Positions 58,091-64,000 of a DNA stretch of 64,000 nucleotides are shown here, one piece after another. The DNA is taken from assembly GCA_047495785.1 (NCBI GenBank), contig JBLDXI010000048.1, forward strand, positions 868,001-932,000. Reading direction: 5' to 3'. A program made the position numbers and the translations under genes. This stretch comes from Lepidodermella squamata (Eukaryota; Animalia; Gastrotricha). Every line of letters starts with the position of its first letter. Position 1 is the first letter of the stretch. The notes under the pieces were generated by a model. That model searched no databases. It was not told the DNA's origin and was given only the letters and a program-made list of their open reading frames with translations.

Positions 58091-59193
58091 TTAAATGTCG
58101 TAACGCAGCGTCGAGCAAATGTAGCTGAATTTCTCATTACACTGGGTAACTCCCCAGTAGCCGGACGGTTTGATGTAAGCGCAGCAGTTATGACAGCCCT
58201 TAGGCGTATCCTTAGCATGGGAAGCTTCAGCGGGGTCCCAGTTCAAGTAATCAGCCCCGGTAATTGCCATTCCAGAGTAGTGCCCTGGAAAATGATGTCG
58301 ATATTATATAGTTCACAAAAACCCAAAAAGCTCATCAGTGTTATTACATTTCCAGTTATGAGAATAGTCATCCCACCACAGGCCAAGCCAGTAGCTTGTG
58401 TTAGGTTTCATAGCTCGCTTGATTTCTTCGTTATCGATCGGGCAGCATGGATGAGCCATATCCCAGTCATTGCCAAACGTGACAGGGCACAGTCTTTTCG
58501 ACCAAGGCCCAGCAACATCAACGGTCGTGAAATTCCAGAACTGTAAATTCGAAGTTGAGGAAGGAGAAATTCAAACTATGACATTCAAATTTATTACGGA
58601 GTCAGGCAGAGATGGAATTGGCTGCTCGCACATGTAATTGAGCTGGTCAGAGCAAGGCAACGATTCCCAGAACCCGTCGCCAGCAATTGCAGCGCAGCAA
58701 TTGTCACATCCATTCTCACCTCCATTTCGCCAATTCGTATAGGCTGTTGGCTGCAGGTACGAATCGTCGTCAGCCCCTGAAAATCACTAACATAGAGCTA
58801 GTTATGATTGAATTTGAAGGCTTGCATTTCCACTTCGAGGCATTTGAATCCCAAGATAGGCCGATCCAGTATTTAGCAGCTTTACTCTCCATACTGGCAA
58901 CTGCAACTTTGTTTTCCACTTCGCTAAACATGTGCGCTGCAACGTAACCAACACCTAAAGCATCCGGGCAAACTGTTGCCGACCATGGACCTGTAACTTT
59001 CGTGTAACCGTGAAACTGTAATAATTCGAATATTTTGAACGCGGTAACACCTCAGAAACAACTTACAGGCTGTACAAAAAAATACTTGTATTTCTCAAGA
59101 TTCAAGTAGGTTGCCAACACTTACACTTGCTGGATTGTGCTTACAGGCAACAATGTGCAGCAAAGTCGCGATTAAAACAAAGATCGACCTCAT
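58091..59193 (-). CDS. Secreted protein with two tandem C-type lectin-like domains (multi-exon)
   Basis: Signal MRSIFVLIATLLHIVAC; YWIGL...WKW...YTNW...C...W..LPC...NYMCE, then YWLGL...WKW...YLNW...W..TQC...SYIC; introns of ~50 nt; stop 58091. Confidence 0.82.
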
Positions 59194-60402
59194 TTTTAAT
59201 TTCAAATGAACAACCGGTAATAAATGCAAGTGAAATGAGAATTGAAATTCGTGGCCGGATGATCACTGCAGCTGTTCCAACTTCATATACAAATTCGTTA
59301 AGCAGCAACTAACTTTGGATTGTTAGCTTTTCCAGCCCACAGTTTTCGATAATAAGAAAAAATGAATATTATATATATATTATTATTAGGTGCTTATGCG
59401 CTGCGTCATACGTCGCTTATAACGACCAGCTAATTCGCGGGGACATTTTTACTCTTCTCGTGAGGCATATTTACAATTTACATTGCTTGTCCATACAACT
59501 TCGATCAAGAAATCAACAGCCGGAACAGTTACATGGTCCCTTGGGATGTGCCCCGGGCGGCACGTACCACCTAGGCCCTAGGAGCAGGCCCAAAAAGTGA
59601 AATGGGTGCAGCGTACATCCAAGGAGATTTGGAAAATGGAAATACATATTTCTGAAAAAATCGGGATTCGCCATGGGTGATATTTTGAAATTATTCATTC
59701 TAAATGACAAATCATCAGCTTCATAAGAGTTTTACGTATAACAATTAAAGTGTGGCTTTCGATAATACGCTCGTATTTTCTCGAAGAGAAAAGCAGAGCG
59801 GAGGCAAAAAAATCGACAAACAAAACAATCATAATAATATTATTCATCATTTTATCAAAGTGTAATAAACCTCTACTAAGTGTCTATTAGTGAACATCTT
59901 GAAGTACCACAATAATTTATAAAAGTGAGCTAACTTTTCGCATGTACACAAAGTCATTCATTCGCGTTGATAACTTAGGAAAAAGCTGAGCTCAGTTTTT
60001 CAAATTTCAAATTCAAGGATCAAATTCATGAATTCGAGGATTAACATAATATGCGTGTGTGATTGGTACTTTTCAGATCTAATAATAATTCGCATGAAAA
60101 AAACATGAATTCAGCCTTGGCTTTTAGTGTTTGTTTCATGTGAACGCTGCAGTTTATGTGTAATGTGTAATGTGTGAATTATAATTAAGATCGAAGAGAA
60201 TGAGGGCACTCGCTTTCTCGCCTTAGGCCAAGTTTCATAGTCCAAATCTCCAGCTGATTTTGAGCTGAATTTCTAGGAATATACAAAATATTACCACTGT
60301 CGGCCTTCGGCCATTGACAGTTGACGGGGAACACCCTTTAGATTAGAAAGATATCATTTGACTACATGAATTTGCCCCGCCCAATTAAGTTGAAAACAAT
60401 TA

Positions 60403-60826
60403 CTGTATATCTACTATTTTTCGGTGGTCACTAATTTTCGGTTTGATCTTTGAATTCGGTGTTTTTGGGGAAACACCGAATTCAAAATCACCGAAAATAA
60501 ATTCGGCCAATTTATTGTTCTCTTCTACAATACAGCTTCATCATGGTAAAGTAGGGTAAAATGTGCCAAAATTGTGTTACCTGCAATTTTAGGTAGTAAG
60601 GATATTGGAAGCAGCAGACATTGACGCTGCTAAAGCAGTGATTATCTCTTCATAGCGTGTAAAACGAAATCGAAGCACTGAAATCAATTTTAAAGTGACT
60701 AATTTCGAATTTTTTTCTCAGGATCAACTCTCAAACCGAATTCAAATCCACCGAAATTAAAAGTACATAGGTCCGAAATCTCCAAAACCGAAAATTAGTG
60801 ACCACCGAAAATTAGTAGATATACAG
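60403..60826. mobile_element. Tc1/mariner-type MITE, ~40-bp TIRs, TA TSD
   Basis: TA|CTGTATATCTACTATTTTTCGGTGGTCACTAATTTTCGGTTT ... AAACCGAAAATTAGTGACCACCGAAAATTAGTAGATATACAG|TA. Confidence 0.88.
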
Positions 60827-61368
60827 TACTGTCAATTCCTGCCTCGCATGTATTGGCAAACTAATCACGCAACTAAAGGCTGGTGACTTCGTGAAGCTGG
60901 AAGCTGGGAAATTCATGAACTGTTCACTCACTTAATTACAACTTTAAGGTTCAAGATGGATTCAATAATACTTATTTAAAAAATGTGAGAAGAAGAAACT
61001 CAGCCAAACAAAGACTAGCGGAACCACTGAAAAAAGGAATGGCGGTGCTATGGATCGATATCATGACCGGGAGTGTTCGTGCTGCGTATTCACTACTCAT
61101 TACTGAGCTGAGTTTTGTCTTCTCGGCAAATCTGAGGTGAGAAGTTCGCTCCCAGCTGTCAACACGACTTCGCGCTTTTCGCAACTGACGATGCGGTCAC
61201 AAATCAATATTTCCCATGACTGTTTGTGGCAACCAACATAGTGTGATCATTTGATCGTCCAATTTTATTCGGATCAAAATGCTGCATTAGGTAAATATTT
61301 TTTTGAGACGCTGCTCCCAATATCACACGATGCAACGAGGAATTTTTACAAAAAGAAATGCCAACATA

Positions 61369-64000
61369 ATGCGTGTGTTATTTCTCATCGCTTTCGTTAA
61401 TTATTCAGTTTCGGTGGAATGGGGCACTGCAGATTATTTGAACTCGGTCCTTCCCTCAGGCGCCTATCCTGTGTTCGAGGGCGCAGCGAAAAGTCAACCG
61501 CAATGTCTCGCCCACTGCTATATACCAAAGCTTTTGGTAAATCTGTATGCGACTCCTACGCCTATAATGAATACAAGAAATGGTGTAAAATCTACGTCCA
61601 CGATAGTAATCAATCATCGCCCCTTCCAGCGAATGGAAATCTTTACTACGATCCTTCTGGATACAGGATTTTCTATCGTAAAGATTTTTGCCCGGTTGGC
61701 TGGTTTCCGGACTATGATACTTCAACTTGCTATTTTGTTGACCCTACCGCCGCAGCAGTAAATCGTTTCGACGCCTGGACTACGTGCGAGAAGCGATTCA
61801 TGTCTCAACTGCCTACATTTCAAACGTCGACCCAGCGAGAAAACTTGTACAAATTGTTGATTGATCTGCTACCTAATTTCACGACTTCAAATTTCTGGAC
61901 CGGGTACACTAGATTCAGTCAAAACCATTGGGCTAGGCCGGTTGAAGAAATTTCAGGATATGTCAAGATGTTTGGCATGGCCGCGGAGGCTACATATCCA
62001 GGGTCATACATTCAGACAGCGGGGCGATATCCGATGAACAACGTTGCGAGTCCGCGAGATTGCGCGCGTGTTTGCTCTGGCAGCTTGAAGGACGAATGCA
62101 CGTCTTTTGTTTGGACTCCGAGCACCGCACAGTGCTGGTTTTCGAGAAGTCGCGCTTTTAGACCATCAATTGGCAGCGCCCTTACTCATTGGACATATCA
62201 CCGAATCGGTAAGTAGTCAAATTATGAAAGCACAATGGCCTTGGGCTTATATGATTCATTGGTGAATAAAATTGGATAAATCCATAGATGGTCGGCCTCG
62301 AGATGCAGCAATACCGCAGTCTGATTGCCCTAACGTCGACATTGGATGCTGGCCATCGACTTCTGTGTATCAATGCAAGACCACATGCCGGAAATTCCCA
62401 ACATCCGTCATTGCCCTGTTTAACAAAGCAAACATGGCATGCTGCTGCAAATACGCGAATTGCTACACCTATGGCGGAGTACCACAAGCCGACATTTATG
62501 CTACAAATGGTATGTAATATCCCCACTATTATCACTTGAAGACTGGCGATTTCTTTTTAAGACCTGGTTACAAATAGCCCATGTGTATTAGGGCTTCGTT
62601 TTCGGGACATCTGCTTGATTGGCGGGGAGTTCCCAGCAGCCGGATACGATGGAGCTGTTAGCACATGCCGTAAATATGGCGCTCGTGTAGCATCGTAAGT
62701 CTTTTTGCTATTAATATTCTATGGTGGACAAACAAATGGGCCTTGAAACATTCACAAAATTCGAAGCTCGCCGATAGAAGCTTTGTTCCACTCGGCTGTG
62801 TCTCTTTTCACTCTTGCTTCGCATCACTTTTGAAAGATTCGGTACATTAGCAATGTACACGTTTGAAAAAAGGAACAGTAAAAAAAACAATTGAGCGCTG
62901 CTATCTTCATCTTCAGGGCGGAAGATGGAGCGAGAAAAGCGAACATGATGGCTACTTACATAATATCTCGCGGTGCAGGGTTGTGGTTGTGGCTGAACGC
63001 TGTTTACAACGGATCTAGCTACGTTACATCCGAAGGCATTGCAATACTTCCAAACGACTTTATGCCTCTCTGCTCGTATTATCTTTTACAATTCGTGATA
63101 AATTTGTGAACTGATTTTTTTCTACGACTAGATCAGCGGCTAATGATACAACAAAGGGGATTTTCATTAAATCGGGCGTTTCGGAATCGAACAGCTTTGG
63201 TCAGTACAGCTGCGTCGAAGATTATGTATTAGTAGCAACTTACGGCGGCGGAGCTCCAGTCTGCGAGTTACGTACGTTCCCTTAGCCAACACTTCGTTGT
63301 GTTCACTGGTTCGTTCATTTAAAGCTATCTCAAGCAGTTGGCCGTTGAACTGCCGGTTCACACCGCATGGTCGGGAGTACCACGGTTTTCAAGCGACGAC
63401 AATCGCAGGCAATCCATGCAAGATATGGTCGAGCACGTCCTACACCACTCCGAACCTTTTCGTTGATTTTTCAACGAATCATAGTTATTGCCGCAATCCT
63501 GATCCCAGTGTTTTCCCGGAGCCGTGGTGTGTCGACTCTGTCACAGATCAACCAGCGCTTTGCCTTTCGATCCCGATGTGCCGTAAGGAGCTGGTTGCGC
63601 CATTTTTGCTAATCTTATCTCTTTCTTCTTCTTTTAAGCTGAGTCCGATTGGGAAAGCTCTGAGGTTCAGAATATGAATGAGCCCACCAAACCTTTCGCA
63701 ATACTGAGGCAAAACGCTAATAATCTTAATGACTTCAATTGGGTGCCATCTAGCAAATGGTCCACTGCTAATGCGGTTTGCCAGATGGCGATGAAAGAGT
63801 GGTGTGAGCTGACGTTCGGCACTAGTTGCTACAAGTACTACACATTCGCGGCTAATTACAACGAAGCCAAAGCCATTTGTGTGATGATTGGCTGGCGGCT
63901 ATTGGAGATTGAGTCGATAGAAGAGCAGTTTTACATCCACCGTCAATTAAATTCTCTTGGACGTAATATTGCCGAAAAAAATAAGATTTAAACATATCCC
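61369..64000 (+). CDS. Multi-exon secreted mosaic lectin: PAN - CTLD - PAN - Cys-rich module - CTLD - kringle - CTLD (runs off end); frameshift near 61520
   Basis: Signal MRVLFLIAFVNYSVS; CPVGW..TCY..FWTG; DCARVC..CTSFVW; kringle EYHG..GNPCKIW..SYCRNPD..PWC; SCYKYY..NYNEAKAIC..LLEIESIEEQ. Confidence 0.75.

Overview
Eukaryotic (invertebrate animal-like) genomic DNA with very short (~45-60 nt) spliceosomal introns; the organism cannot be identified from the sequence alone. 1-14 kb: two tandem paralogs of a large multi-exon receptor (signal peptide, 5 LamG/pentraxin-like+EGF modules, 15 one-exon EGF repeats, 2 ShK, sushi repeats, TM). 15-33 kb: a class A-like GPCR and its pseudogene, a small PAN-type peptide, a secreted histidine acid phosphatase, many MITEs and transposon relics, and a mucin-like gene apparently split by a ~1.8 kb inversion. 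33.6-48.1 kb: a co-oriented, almost intron-free block of conflict/immunity-type genes. It holds a secreted ankyrin protein, a T4 Rnl1-type RNA ligase with all catalytic motifs, three paralogs of an unrecognised signal-peptide+TM family carrying kinase-docking-like motifs, a TIR-ankyrin fusion and an AIG1/GIMAP-like GTPase with PSAP+PPxY motifs. 50-64 kb: a GABA-B-like class C GPCR and its pseudogene, a SABATH-family methyltransferase, a double C-type lectin (GC-AG intron, possible 3-nt microexon) and a PAN/CTLD/kringle gene running off the end. All calls come from manual reading; no database searches were run.
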